Below the pieces are notes generated by a model. That model searched no databases. It had not been told where the DNA came from and saw only the letters and a list, made by a program, of their open reading frames with translations. Below, in pieces: positions 19,075 to 28,513 of a stretch of DNA of 64,000 bases (within the stretch, counting starts at the first letter, position 1; each line of letters begins with the position of its first letter). The stretch is taken from assembly GCA_964639285.1 (NCBI GenBank), contig CAZXCI010000001.1, positions 42,343 through 106,342 of the forward strand. The letters are read 5' to 3'. This DNA comes from an uncultured Candidatus Saccharibacteria bacterium (GTDB lineage: Bacteria > Patescibacteriota > Minisyncoccia > Phycocordibacterales > XYD1-FULL-46-19). Position numbers and translations under genes: made by a program.

Positions 19075-21129
19075 ATGAATACTAATAAAATTTTACATTG
19101 GGTCACTCTGGTGGGGCTCTTTGCTGTCCCCTTTATCCCGCTTATTGTTACATCCAGCGCTTTTTTTCCTTTTATTACTGGGAAGAACTTTGCTTTTCGT
19201 GTGATCATCGAAATAGTCTTTGCCTCTTGGTTGATACTCGCCTTGCGAGACAGAAGCTATTGGCCCGAGAAATCATATCTCCTTTATGCTGTTTTAGCTT
19301 TAGTAGTAATTACTGGAATTGCGACTTTCTTTGGCGAGAATCCTTATCGTAGTTTCTGGTCTAATTATGAACGAATGGGTGGTTACGTTAGCCTTCTCCA
19401 TTTGGGGGCTTACTTTGTTGTTTTGACATCTCTTCTCAAAAAGAAGGCTGAATGGTTTTGGTTTGCTAATATTTCTCTTGGGGTCAACTGGCTTATTGTT
19501 TTTTACTCGCTTGGGCAATTGGCAGGAAAGACGGAGATTCATCAGGGGGGTGTTCGTCTTGACGCGACCTTAGGCAATGCGACTTATCTTGCTGTCTACG
19601 TTTTGTTTGGCATATTTATATCTCTCTATTTATTGTCTCAAGCTAAAAATATCTGGTTAAAGATTTTTTATGGACTTACCACTTTAGTTAATTTGTTTCT
19701 GCTTTATAATACTGCAACTCGAGGGACGATTCTTGGTCTTATTGCTGGCCTCTTTGTTTTTGCTGGGCTAGTCGTTCTCCGGGGAGAAAAAAGACAGAAA
19801 AAGTGGGCCGGCGGAATCGTCTTAGTTCTTGTCCTCCTCGTGGGGGGTTTTCTTTTAGCGAAAGACTCCTCTTTTGTCACTAATAGCCCTGTACTGTCTC
19901 GTTTTTCGAGTATCTCGGCGACAGAGGCGACAACCCAGTCTCGTTTTCTGATTTGGAACATGAGTTTGCAAGGATTTAAGGAGCATCCTCTGCTTGGTTG
20001 GGGGCCAGAGAATTACAGTCTGGTCTTTAGTAAGTATTATGACCCGGCCATGTGGCGACAAGAGCCATGGTTTGATCGTTCTCATAATATCTTTTTTGAT
20101 TGGCTAATTGATGCTGGCTTGCTCGGTCTGCTAGCTTATCTGTCTATCTTTCTAGTGGCCTTTTATCTTCTTTGGGCGAAGAGAGGAAAGCTTGGTTTTG
20201 GTGGGTATCTTTTTGTGGGCCTAATAGTTGCCTATCTCTTCCATAACATATTTGTCTTTGATAATTTGGTGAGCTATCTCTATTTCTTTGCTGTTGTCGC
20301 TTATGTCAATTTTTGGGTGGCAGAGGAGGGGGGAGTTCCAGCTGAATTAAAGGTAAAAACAAATTATCAAATAGATAAAAAGAAAACTTCTTCGGTGGGA
20401 AATATTTCCCTCGGTGTTAATGTTGCTTCCGGAGTAATTCTGATTATTCTGGTTGGAGTTCTTTATTACATTAATTACAAACCATGGTTGGTCTCAGTTG
20501 ATTTGATTTCAGCTATTCGTCCTAATACTAACTCAGAAAAAAGCTTTTCTATTTTTCAGGAGATTTTTGAACGGAAGACTTTTGGTTCTGGTGAAGCTCG
20601 AGAACAGTTGATCAACAAAACGATGAATATCGTTCGCGACGAGAAAATTCCTGATGAGCTTAAAATAAAATTTGTTAAATTAGTCGATGAACAAATTAAA
20701 GAACAATTGGGGCGCTTTGATGGAGATGCGAGATCCAATTTGTTTTTTGGTTCTTACTTGGCATCGACCGGGCGAGTTGATGAGGGCTTAGCTTTGTTGC
20801 AAAAGGCTCAGGCTCTCTCTCCCAAAAAGCAAGCGATTCTCTTCCAGCTGGTTTCGATTTATGTGCAAAAGCAGGATGCTACGAGTGCCGTTGCGACAGC
20901 TAAGAGTGCTTATGAGCTCGATCCGGCTTATCCCGAAGCGAGGAAGATTTACGCTATTATTCTCTTCATGACGGGTCAGACTAAATTAGGGTATGAAATT
21001 ATTGCGCCGATTAAAAATGATCCTGATTATTTTAACGATCCGCGCTTTCTCAACATCTATGAACAAATGGGTGATACAAAATCAATTCAAGAGATAAAAG
21101 ATTTGCAATTGAAAGAAGCAAAAAAATAA
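19075..21129 (+). CDS. O-antigen ligase/polymerase (Wzy_C)-like polytopic membrane protein with C-terminal TPR repeats
   Basis: About 10 TM helices in the N-terminal 400 aa and a periplasmic-loop region typical of Wzy/WaaL. C-terminal roughly 200 aa form TPR-like helical repeats (QKAQALSPKKQAILFQLVSIYVQKQD...). Confidence 0.6.
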   Translation: MNTNKILHWVTLVGLFAVPFIPLIVTSSAFFPFITGKNFAFRVIIEIVFASWLILALRDRSYWPEKSYLLYAVLALVVITGIATFFGENPYRSFWSNYERMGGYVSLLHLGAYFVVLTSLLKKKAEWFWFANISLGVNWLIVFYSLGQLAGKTEIHQGGVRLDATLGNATYLAVYVLFGIFISLYLLSQAKNIWLKIFYGLTTLVNLFLLYNTATRGTILGLIAGLFVFAGLVVLRGEKRQKKWAGGIVLVLVLLVGGFLLAKDSSFVTNSPVLSRFSSISATEATTQSRFLIWNMSLQGFKEHPLLGWGPENYSLVFSKYYDPAMWRQEPWFDRSHNIFFDWLIDAGLLGLLAYLSIFLVAFYLLWAKRGKLGFGGYLFVGLIVAYLFHNIFVFDNLVSYLYFFAVVAYVNFWVAEEGGVPAELKVKTNYQIDKKKTSSVGNISLGVNVASGVILIILVGVLYYINYKPWLVSVDLISAIRPNTNSEKSFSIFQEIFERKTFGSGEAREQLINKTMNIVRDEKIPDELKIKFVKLVDEQIKEQLGRFDGDARSNLFFGSYLASTGRVDEGLALLQKAQALSPKKQAILFQLVSIYVQKQDATSAVATAKSAYELDPAYPEARKIYAIILFMTGQTKLGYEIIAPIKNDPDYFNDPRFLNIYEQMGDTKSIQEIKDLQLKEAKK

Positions 21130-21180
21130 CCATTCGACTTCGCTCAGGTTAAAATTCTTAAAAATAAAAATAAAAAAATT

Positions 21181-21212
21181 CTGTAAAAAATATTTACAGG
21201 ATTTTTTTATTA
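21181..21212 (+). terminator. Rho-independent terminator after glycan locus
   Basis: ctgtaaa-aaatat-tttacag hairpin followed by gatttttttatt. Confidence 0.6.
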
Positions 21213-21352
21213 AGTTATCCACAACTTTTTATAAAAAAGTGTTGTCGTAATTTTATTTTTAGATGATAATTAATAGCAAGAGTAACAACGTTGATTAAAG
21301 GTCGAATGTTGTTGAACCTCTTTTACAAAATAAAAAATAAAAGTAAAAAAAT

Positions 21353-21421
21353 ATGGCAGCTAAGAAAAAGGCCAAGAAGAAAGTAGCCAAGAAAAAGGCT
21401 AAGGCCAAGAAGAAGAAATAA
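21353..21421 (+). CDS. Lysine/alanine-rich 22-aa small ORF (MAAKKKAKKKVAKKKAKAKKKK)
   Basis: ATG..TAA ORF in a 400-bp AT-rich intergenic region, followed about 25 nt later by a strong intrinsic terminator. No clear SD sequence, so whether it is coding or an RNA is uncertain. Confidence 0.35.
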   Translation: MAAKKKAKKKVAKKKAKAKKKK

Positions 21422-21446
21422 TCTTCTTTCCTCTACTTACACCAAG

Positions 21447-21487
21447 AAAACCTCGTCGGCTCCACAACCGACGGGGTTTTCTTCTTG
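21447..21487 (+). terminator. Rho-independent terminator
   Basis: cctcgtcgg-ctccacaa-ccgacgggg stem followed by ttttcttctt. Confidence 0.65.
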
Positions 21488-21535
21488 ATGCCTCGATTAT
21501 TATTTTGTCTGTTTTTGTGCTAAGATGGCCTAGTT

Positions 21536-24043
21536 ATGGTATTTTGGGATAAAATCTTAGGAACACCTTCTGATAGCTATGTCAAAAAGGTGAGGAAGAC
21601 TATTGCCCTGGTTAATGCTGAGGAGGCAGCCATTTCGGCTTTAAATGATGAAGAGCTGAAGGCCAAGACTTTAGAGTTTAAGAATCGACTAGAGAAAGGG
21701 GAGACCCTCGATGATATTCTTCCTCAAGCCTTTGCTGTTGTCCGCGAAACTTCTAAGCGCCTTTTGGGCCAACGTCATTTCGATGTGCAATTAATTGGTG
21801 GCCTAGCTCTTCATCAGGGTAAGATCGCGGAGATGAAGACGGGTGAGGGTAAGACTTTGGTTGCCACTTTACCTGTTTATCTCAATGCTCTCACTGGCAA
21901 AGGAGCTCACGTTGTGACGGTCAACGATTATCTTGCTCGTCGTGATGCCGTCTGGATGGGGCAGATTTATTCTTTCCTTGGTCTCTCTGTCGCCGTTTTG
22001 AATAATCAGACTTCTTATCTTTACGATCCTAATCATCAGGATTTAGATAAAGAACGAGACGCCGAAGGTTCTTTTCGTGTGGTTCACGAATTTTTGCGAC
22101 CTTGTTCTCGAGGCGAGGCTTATGCCGCTGATATTCTCTATGGTACTAATAATGAATATGGCTTCGATTATCTTCGTGACAACATTGCTTATCGACCAAC
22201 TGATCAGGTTCAGCGTCTTGACCCTCTCTCTCGTCACCATTTTGCGATTGTTGACGAAGTGGACTCAATTCTTATCGATGAAGCGAGGACTCCGCTTATT
22301 ATCTCGGCTCCGGCCGGAGAATCAGAAAATCTCTATGGCACTTTTGCTCAGATTGCTCGCAATTTAACTAAGGACATCGACTATACTGTTGATGAAAAAT
22401 TCAAGTCTATCTCTTTAACTGACGATGGAATAACTAAAGCTGAGAAAATTTTGGGGATAGAGAATATTTATACGGAGAAAGGGATTAAGTATGTTCACCA
22501 TCTTGAGACAGCCGTTAGGGCCAAGGCCCTTTTTGAGCTTGATCGTGATTATGTTGTTCGTGAGGGAGAGATTGTGATTGTCGATGAATTTACCGGTCGA
22601 CTTCAGCCGGGTCGTCGTTGGTCAGAGGGATTGCATCAGGCGATTGAGGCTAAGGAGGGGGTAGAGGTCAAGGAGGAGTCGCGTACTTTTGCCACCATTA
22701 CTTTGCAGAACTATTTCCGCCTTTATCAGAAGTTGGCCGGGATGACCGGCACAGCTCAGACTTCAGGCGAAGAATTCCTTAAAGTTTATGGTCTCGAAGT
22801 AATCTCTATCCCAACCAATAAGCCGAGCCAGCGAGCGGACCTGGGTGATTACATCTTCCAGACGGAGAAAGGGAAGGTGGCGGCGGTGGTGAAGCGTGTG
22901 AAGGAGCTCAATGAGAAGGGTCAGCCAGTCCTGATTGGGACCGCTTCGATTGAGAAGAATGAATTGCTTTCTGCCTATTTCAAAAAAGAGGGGATCGAAC
23001 ACAAAGTGCTTAATGCTAAGAACCACGAAGAAGAAGGAAGTGTTATCGCTAGCGCTGGGCGTAAGGGGAGTGTGGTGATTGCGACCAACATGGCTGGTCG
23101 CGGAGTTGATATTAAGCTTGGTGGTCCGACACCAACACCAGAAGAGCAAGAAGAGGTGAAGAACTTGGGCGGTCTTTTTGTCTTGGGCACCGAGCGTCAT
23201 GAGGCTCGTCGCATTGACGATCAGCTTAGGGGCCGGGCCGGTCGCCAGGGAGATTTTGGTACTACTCAATTTTACGTTTCGCTTGAGGACGACTTGATGC
23301 GTGTTTTTGGTTCGGATCGTATTAAGGGCATGATGGGACGTTTTGGTATCCCTGAAGACGAACCAATCCAGAACAGTTTTGTCTCGAAGGCCTTAGAAGG
23401 AGCGCAGGCGAAAATTGAGGGTTTCAATTTTGATATGCGTAAGCATTTACTTGAATATGACGATGTCGTTAGTCATCAACGTCAGACTATTTATGATCGA
23501 CGCAATAAGATTCTTCTTGGTGGAGCTGAAGAAGTTGATGATTTTCTCACTAAAGCCGATGAAGCTTTGCTTATTCCTGACGAAGACAAGAAAAATCTTT
23601 TGTCTGATGTAAAGAAAAAGAGAGAAGAGCTTGGTGAAGAAAAATTTATTTTCCAGGCTCGTCAAACTATCTTGCAGGTCATAGACATGTTTTGGGTTGA
23701 GCACTTAGAGGCTATCGATTACATGAGGGGAAGTGTCCGACTTCGAGCCTATGGTCAACGAGATCCTCTGGTTGAGTTCAAGAAAGAGGGTTTGTCTTTG
23801 TTTAAAGAAATGGAGTTAGCTATCTTCGGCAACGTACTTGAACTTCTCGCCAAACTTGAAGGAGAACTCAAGACCGAAGAAGTTAAAATCAAAGAAGTCC
23901 ATGACCAGGCTGAGCTAATCCTAAACTCTGGCTCGGCCCAATCCTCATCTTCGGCCCCTCAATCCAAAGGGGATAAGGTGGGACGAAATGATCCCTGCCC
24001 TTGTGGTAGCGGCCTGAAATACAAGAAGTGCCACGGGAGATAA
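21536..24043 (+). CDS. secA: Preprotein translocase ATPase SecA
   Basis: HFDVQLIGGLALHQGKIAEMKTGEGKTLVATLP (Walker A), the DEVDSILIDEARTPLIIS DEAD-like motif, and the C-terminal Zn finger CPCGSGLKYKKCHG. Confidence 0.95.
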   Translation: MVFWDKILGTPSDSYVKKVRKTIALVNAEEAAISALNDEELKAKTLEFKNRLEKGETLDDILPQAFAVVRETSKRLLGQRHFDVQLIGGLALHQGKIAEMKTGEGKTLVATLPVYLNALTGKGAHVVTVNDYLARRDAVWMGQIYSFLGLSVAVLNNQTSYLYDPNHQDLDKERDAEGSFRVVHEFLRPCSRGEAYAADILYGTNNEYGFDYLRDNIAYRPTDQVQRLDPLSRHHFAIVDEVDSILIDEARTPLIISAPAGESENLYGTFAQIARNLTKDIDYTVDEKFKSISLTDDGITKAEKILGIENIYTEKGIKYVHHLETAVRAKALFELDRDYVVREGEIVIVDEFTGRLQPGRRWSEGLHQAIEAKEGVEVKEESRTFATITLQNYFRLYQKLAGMTGTAQTSGEEFLKVYGLEVISIPTNKPSQRADLGDYIFQTEKGKVAAVVKRVKELNEKGQPVLIGTASIEKNELLSAYFKKEGIEHKVLNAKNHEEEGSVIASAGRKGSVVIATNMAGRGVDIKLGGPTPTPEEQEEVKNLGGLFVLGTERHEARRIDDQLRGRAGRQGDFGTTQFYVSLEDDLMRVFGSDRIKGMMGRFGIPEDEPIQNSFVSKALEGAQAKIEGFNFDMRKHLLEYDDVVSHQRQTIYDRRNKILLGGAEEVDDFLTKADEALLIPDEDKKNLLSDVKKKREELGEEKFIFQARQTILQVIDMFWVEHLEAIDYMRGSVRLRAYGQRDPLVEFKKEGLSLFKEMELAIFGNVLELLAKLEGELKTEEVKIKEVHDQAELILNSGSAQSSSSAPQSKGDKVGRNDPCPCGSGLKYKKCHGR

Positions 24044-24055
24044 TGGTTTTCTAAA

Positions 24056-24108
24056 GGACACTAAAGGACAAATCCCTCTAGGGGGATTTGTCCTTTAGTG
24101 TCCTTATT
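24056..24108 (+). terminator. Long perfect hairpin terminator after secA
   Basis: 21-bp perfect inverted repeat ggacactaaaggacaaatccc / gggatttgtcctttagtgtcc with a 6-nt loop, then ttatt. A tandem ctaaaggaca duplication sits in the 5' arm. Confidence 0.7.
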
Positions 24109-24316
24109 GGAGAAAAGGAGGGTTTCTGAGTAAGAAATAGTTTGCTCCTCAGCTCGTCTTGAAAGATGGAGGCTAGACATTATCTATTTGCCCTTGCCTT
24201 ATTTGGAAGGTTCTGCTAGTAATGATGGTAGCAATTGTACCTCTTTAGATCTGTTCTTTGGGAAAACTTGATATGCTCTTTTTCGGATTTTATTATCTGT
24301 TATCTGAAACAGGGCC

Positions 24317-25990
24317 ATGTTTTCTAAAACTATCAATTTAACTCAACACTTACTTGTCCTCGCTCTCTTGGTGGGGGTTTTAGTGATGCCAGTTACACCT
24401 TTGGTAGCGGAGGAAATTGCTGATGTCGTCCCTGCTTCTGCTTCTGTTGATGTTGTGGAAGTTCCAGAGGTTGTTCTTCCCTTAGTTCCTGAAGTTGTCC
24501 CAGATGTTGCTATCACAGAAACGGAGGTCGCTCCTGATCAAGTTTGCGATACCTCAACCTCGACTTCTGTCGTTGATGAGGCAGAGGTTGCCAGTAGTTC
24601 GCCAATTGTCTCTTCTCCTGATGTCACCTCGACCGAACCAATGGTCGTAATTGTCGATACTCCCATTGTGGCAGAGCTCTCTCTCCAAGCTGACACACAA
24701 GAGGATAATTTCACAACTTTAGGTGAAGGTTCTATCGTCGTTACTGGCGAGACTTCTTTGAGCGAAGAGGATAACTTCGAAACTTTGACTGGGATTCCGA
24801 GCGTTATGGAACAAGGAATAAGTGAAGAAAATTCTTTCATCACTTTCGATCAGATAATTGATAATTCAGTGGTTATTAGTAACGAAGGGTCTTTTAATAC
24901 CCTAAGTACTCCGGCCGATAGGCAAACTGTCAGCCGTGAGAATTCCTTCGTTACTCAGGCATCGGTTCCGGTTGGTCCAGCCGTTAGTGTTGAAAATAGT
25001 TTCAACACTCTTCCTGGTGGTCCGATTACAATCGATCCGGTGGTTAGCCCTGAGAATCATTTCACAACCTTGAGTCTTCCCGATAAACCTTTAGCTGTCA
25101 GTGAGGAAAATTCCTTCACCACCTTTGGTATTCCTGGTAACCCTGATGGTGAGGAAAATTCTTTCACGACCCTGTCCAATAGTGGTTGCACCGGTAATTG
25201 TGGAGGTGGCGGAGGTGGCGGCAGTGCCAGCAGAATTGTTCTTGCTGAGAAGACTTATAGTTGTCCAGTTTATTTACACAAATTTATAAAATTTGGTGAA
25301 GCCAATGATCGTCGTGAGGTGGTCAAGCTTCAAGCTTTCTTAAAGGTTTATGAAGGTTTCAATGATCTTAAGATCACTGGAGTTTATGATCGAGCAACTT
25401 TTGAGGCTGTTGAGATCTTCCAGGCTCGTTATCTTCGCGATGTCCTTAAGCCTTGGCAGATTAATGACTCTACTGGCTTTGTCTATATTACAACGCGCCA
25501 AGCGATAAATAATATTTATTGTGGCCGTGATACCAAGAATGACTTACTCTTCCGTAAGCGGGTTGCTTATGAATATTATCTAGCGACGAGAGAAGACATT
25601 GATGTCCCTGTCATAGAGCCGACCGATGGTGGTTATTTCATTGTCCCGACAAGCACAGCGACAACGACTTCTGTTCTTAAGCCCAATGTTTTCTTAGCTG
25701 GTGTTGGCGAACTCTTAGACTTTATTGGAGAGAATTTCTGTTGGCTCCTGAACCTTCTTCTCCTTCTCTTGATTTTCTTCCTTCTTTGGTTGCTTTGGCA
25801 AAAGGATCGAGATGATGAGCTTGAGGGTTCTGATCTCCATGAGACGGAAGACTTCGATACTCTCTTGCCTGAAGATGAAGAGGAATTGGCAAAATTGGCC
25901 GAAGAAGATGAGTCCAAAATGGACGTCTTAGACAATAATCCTTGGCAAGAAGCAATTGCTCTTGGTCCGGAGACAACTGAGGAAGAATAA
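24317..25990 (+). CDS. Secreted, C-terminally membrane-anchored repeat protein with peptidoglycan-binding (PG_binding_1-like) domain
   Basis: N-terminal signal peptide. About 10 degenerate repeats centred on E(E/D)NSFTTL at roughly 25-aa spacing. A Gly-rich linker GCTGNCGGGGGGGS. VVKLQAFLKVYEGFNDLKITGVYDRATFEAVEIFQARY fits the PG-binding helical bundle. C-terminal TM helix LLNLLLLLLIFFLLWLLW followed by an acidic tail. Confidence 0.6.
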   Translation: MFSKTINLTQHLLVLALLVGVLVMPVTPLVAEEIADVVPASASVDVVEVPEVVLPLVPEVVPDVAITETEVAPDQVCDTSTSTSVVDEAEVASSSPIVSSPDVTSTEPMVVIVDTPIVAELSLQADTQEDNFTTLGEGSIVVTGETSLSEEDNFETLTGIPSVMEQGISEENSFITFDQIIDNSVVISNEGSFNTLSTPADRQTVSRENSFVTQASVPVGPAVSVENSFNTLPGGPITIDPVVSPENHFTTLSLPDKPLAVSEENSFTTFGIPGNPDGEENSFTTLSNSGCTGNCGGGGGGGSASRIVLAEKTYSCPVYLHKFIKFGEANDRREVVKLQAFLKVYEGFNDLKITGVYDRATFEAVEIFQARYLRDVLKPWQINDSTGFVYITTRQAINNIYCGRDTKNDLLFRKRVAYEYYLATREDIDVPVIEPTDGGYFIVPTSTATTTSVLKPNVFLAGVGELLDFIGENFCWLLNLLLLLLIFFLLWLLWQKDRDDELEGSDLHETEDFDTLLPEDEEELAKLAEEDESKMDVLDNNPWQEAIALGPETTEEE

Positions 25991-26141
25991 TTTTTGCTCT
26001 TGACATCTACTCCTATCTCTAGTAGTAATTGAATTGGGTGAAGTTCTTTGTTATCAGAACAAGGAATAAAAACCTTCAATGTTTGAACTAACAGCCCGTA
26101 TCGGGCAACCTCGGCATCTGCGGAGGTGAAGGAATTAGGCC

Positions 26142-27548
26142 ATGAAAAAGAAAATGGCGTTTCTGTTATTGGCGGCCTTCGCCGCCGTGGTTTTTGCTGG
26201 TTGTGCTCCGAAGGTTGAGGGAGTTTTCTATGACTCTCAAGGGGGCGTTGTCTATCAAGGTAAAGTTGCCTCTGGGCAACGGATCATGGTTGGCCAAGGA
26301 GGTTGGGCTTCCCTTCATATCTCTGGCTGTACCAGCCGGGGGGATGTCACTGTCGTTGCTGAAAAAGGGTGTTGTGGCCCGGGCACGACGGTAGTCATCG
26401 CCGGAGGTGGCCTCGCGGTGGTCTCAGTGGCTGTCTGGTCGATGGTGGATTTTCTTCTCGACCAAGACAACGGCTTCGATTACGTCGTTGGGCCGGTGTT
26501 CGGGGAGACCACTGTCTATGTCGGAGACGATTTTGTCTTTACTCTTCTTGTCGACGACGGCATTGAAGGCGAAGGCGAAGTTCCTGTCGAAGGTGAACCC
26601 GAAGGCGAGGGTGAATTTATCCCTCTGTCGGTGGAAATCTTGGCCCCGGTCAATGGGCGAGTTTTCAATGCCGGCGATGTCGCTACTGTCCGGGTTTTGC
26701 CGAATGGTGATCCGTCCTCGACGCCTTTGCGTCTTGTCGTCCGGAACGCTGAACTCGAAACCCGGGTGGCCGAGAATGTTGCCCCTGGAGTAGAGAAGAC
26801 GCTTGCGTTCACTCTTAATTTAGTTGGGACAGGAGCTTTCACGGCCTACCTTGAAGACAAGGATGGCGCTCATGTGACCACCTCGGTGACCTATTCGGTG
26901 ATCGTGCCTATCGAAGGCGAGCCTGTCGTCGAAGGTGAAGATGAAGGCGAACCGGTTGAAGGTGAGGGCGAGGGTTGTGCCGTTGTGCCGGACCTTTCGG
27001 GCCTGACCGAAAATCAAGCCCGAGCGGTCATTTCCTCGACCTGTCTGGTCGTCGGGACCGTTCTGTTCGTCGATGATTCTAACGTTCCGGCTGGCTATGT
27101 GGTCAGCTGGAATCCCACTGGGACGGTTTCCTGCGGGACGGCGATCAACCTCGTCATCTCGACCGGCCCTGTCATTGAAGGCGAAGGCGAAGCTCCCGTT
27201 GAGGGCGAATCTGAAGGCGAGGGCGAAGCCATCGAAGGTGAAGGCGAGTTCATCCCTCTGTCGGTAGAAATTCTCGCTCCTGCCAGTGGGCAAGTCTTCA
27301 ATATCGGAGACACGGTGACGGTCAGGGTCTTACCAAATGGCGATCCTTCTCTACGACCTTTGCGTCTTGTTGTCCGGAATGCGGAGCTCACGACTTGGAC
27401 GGTGGAAGATGTCACCCCTGGGGTGGAGGCAACTTTCACTTTTACAGTCGGGCTTTTTGGGCCGGGAGCTTTCACTGGTTATGTCGAGGATAGGAACGGG
27501 TTGTCTGTCACGACATATTGTCCCTATTCAGTGGCCATCCCCGAGTAA
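26142..27548 (+). CDS. GC-rich lipoprotein with PASTA domain and internally duplicated ~105-aa domain
   Basis: Lipobox LLAAFAAVVFAGC. EGE-rich linkers. PASTA-like VPDLSGLTENQARAVISSTCLVVGTV...VVSWNPTGTVSCGTAINLVISTGP. Two paralogous domains (EGEGEFIPLSVEILAP..VRVLPNGDPS..LRLVVRNAEL..) at about 26601-26925 and 27232-27545. Confidence 0.6.
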   Translation: MKKKMAFLLLAAFAAVVFAGCAPKVEGVFYDSQGGVVYQGKVASGQRIMVGQGGWASLHISGCTSRGDVTVVAEKGCCGPGTTVVIAGGGLAVVSVAVWSMVDFLLDQDNGFDYVVGPVFGETTVYVGDDFVFTLLVDDGIEGEGEVPVEGEPEGEGEFIPLSVEILAPVNGRVFNAGDVATVRVLPNGDPSSTPLRLVVRNAELETRVAENVAPGVEKTLAFTLNLVGTGAFTAYLEDKDGAHVTTSVTYSVIVPIEGEPVVEGEDEGEPVEGEGEGCAVVPDLSGLTENQARAVISSTCLVVGTVLFVDDSNVPAGYVVSWNPTGTVSCGTAINLVISTGPVIEGEGEAPVEGESEGEGEAIEGEGEFIPLSVEILAPASGQVFNIGDTVTVRVLPNGDPSLRPLRLVVRNAELTTWTVEDVTPGVEATFTFTVGLFGPGAFTGYVEDRNGLSVTTYCPYSVAIPE

Positions 27549-27718
27549 ATTCCTTGTTTTTGAGTCAGGGTCGGGGGCGCATTGCGCGCTTCCGGCCCTT
27601 TTTGGTTCTCAGCTATTTCTCTTGACAAAGCCTCTTTGCATATGCTAGTAATAGGCTATTAAAAGATCGATTTAAAAACATTATTAAGAGCTTTTCAAGC
27701 TATAATTATAAGAAAAAT

Positions 27719-28339
27719 ATGAACAAATTTGTAAAATTAATTGGTTCAATCGCCATTGCCTTCTTGGTGATTGTTGCTAGCGCCTCCTTGGTGTCAGCCG
27801 CGGGCCTGGTGACCACCATTAGTTCTCCTGTTGCCGGTGATACTTTCACCATTGGTCAGATTGTTAATTTGTCAGCCTCTAGCGTGAGCGCTGTTGGTGA
27901 AGTCAATTACGTTTGGTCCTTCAGCGATGGGACAGATAGCCGTACTGGTCAGACTCAGACTGTCAGCTTTGCCACCGCTGGTACTAAGACTATCACTGTC
28001 ATGGCTGGCGATGCTTCTGGCGCTAACAGCGTGAAGACTGTCGATGTTACTGTGACCGAGACTTCTTCTCAGAAGCCAGTTATCACTAATATTCGAGCAA
28101 TCAACATTACTCAGACCAGCGTGACCATTACTTGGGATACTGATATTCCAGCGACCAGCCGTGTTATCTATGACTCGACTAGCCATGCTGATATCTCTGG
28201 CGAAACAGCTCCTAACTTTGGTTATGTTGCTTCAACTCCAGAATCTGATGTTACCACTAAGGTCACTAGCCACTCAGTCGATATCTCTGGTCTCTCACCT
28301 GCGACCAAATATTATTTCCGTGTTCTTTCTCAAGGTTAA
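27719..28339 (+). CDS. Secreted PKD-domain plus fibronectin type III-like domain protein
   Basis: Signal peptide. PKD pattern VNYVWSFSDGTDSRTGQTQTVSFATAGTKTITV. FN3-like C-terminus ending SGLSPATKYYFRVLSQG. Confidence 0.6.
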   Translation: MNKFVKLIGSIAIAFLVIVASASLVSAAGLVTTISSPVAGDTFTIGQIVNLSASSVSAVGEVNYVWSFSDGTDSRTGQTQTVSFATAGTKTITVMAGDASGANSVKTVDVTVTETSSQKPVITNIRAINITQTSVTITWDTDIPATSRVIYDSTSHADISGETAPNFGYVASTPESDVTTKVTSHSVDISGLSPATKYYFRVLSQG

Positions 28340-28361
28340 TATCTCGGAAAGAGGAAGTAGA

Positions 28362-28397
28362 AAAATGTGCGACACCAAGTGCCGCACATTTTTTGTT
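28362..28397 (+). terminator. Rho-independent terminator
   Basis: aaaatgtgcg-acaccaagtgc-cgcacatttt stem then ttgtttg. Confidence 0.65.
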
Positions 28398-28513
28398 TGT
28401 ATAAAATAAAATAAAATAAAAAAGTAATCCACTGAAAATTAGAAATTAAACTAGAAGAAGAAGTATGTTTTATAGTATAATAAAAATTAGTAATTACTAA
28501 TCTAAAAATTTTT

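Noticed and set aside
26194-27648. Cluster of 60-160-aa ORFs on both strands inside the GC-rich lipoprotein gene
   Set aside because: High GC suppresses stop codons in all frames. Only the 26142-27548 frame has a lipobox, a PASTA module and the internal domain duplication.
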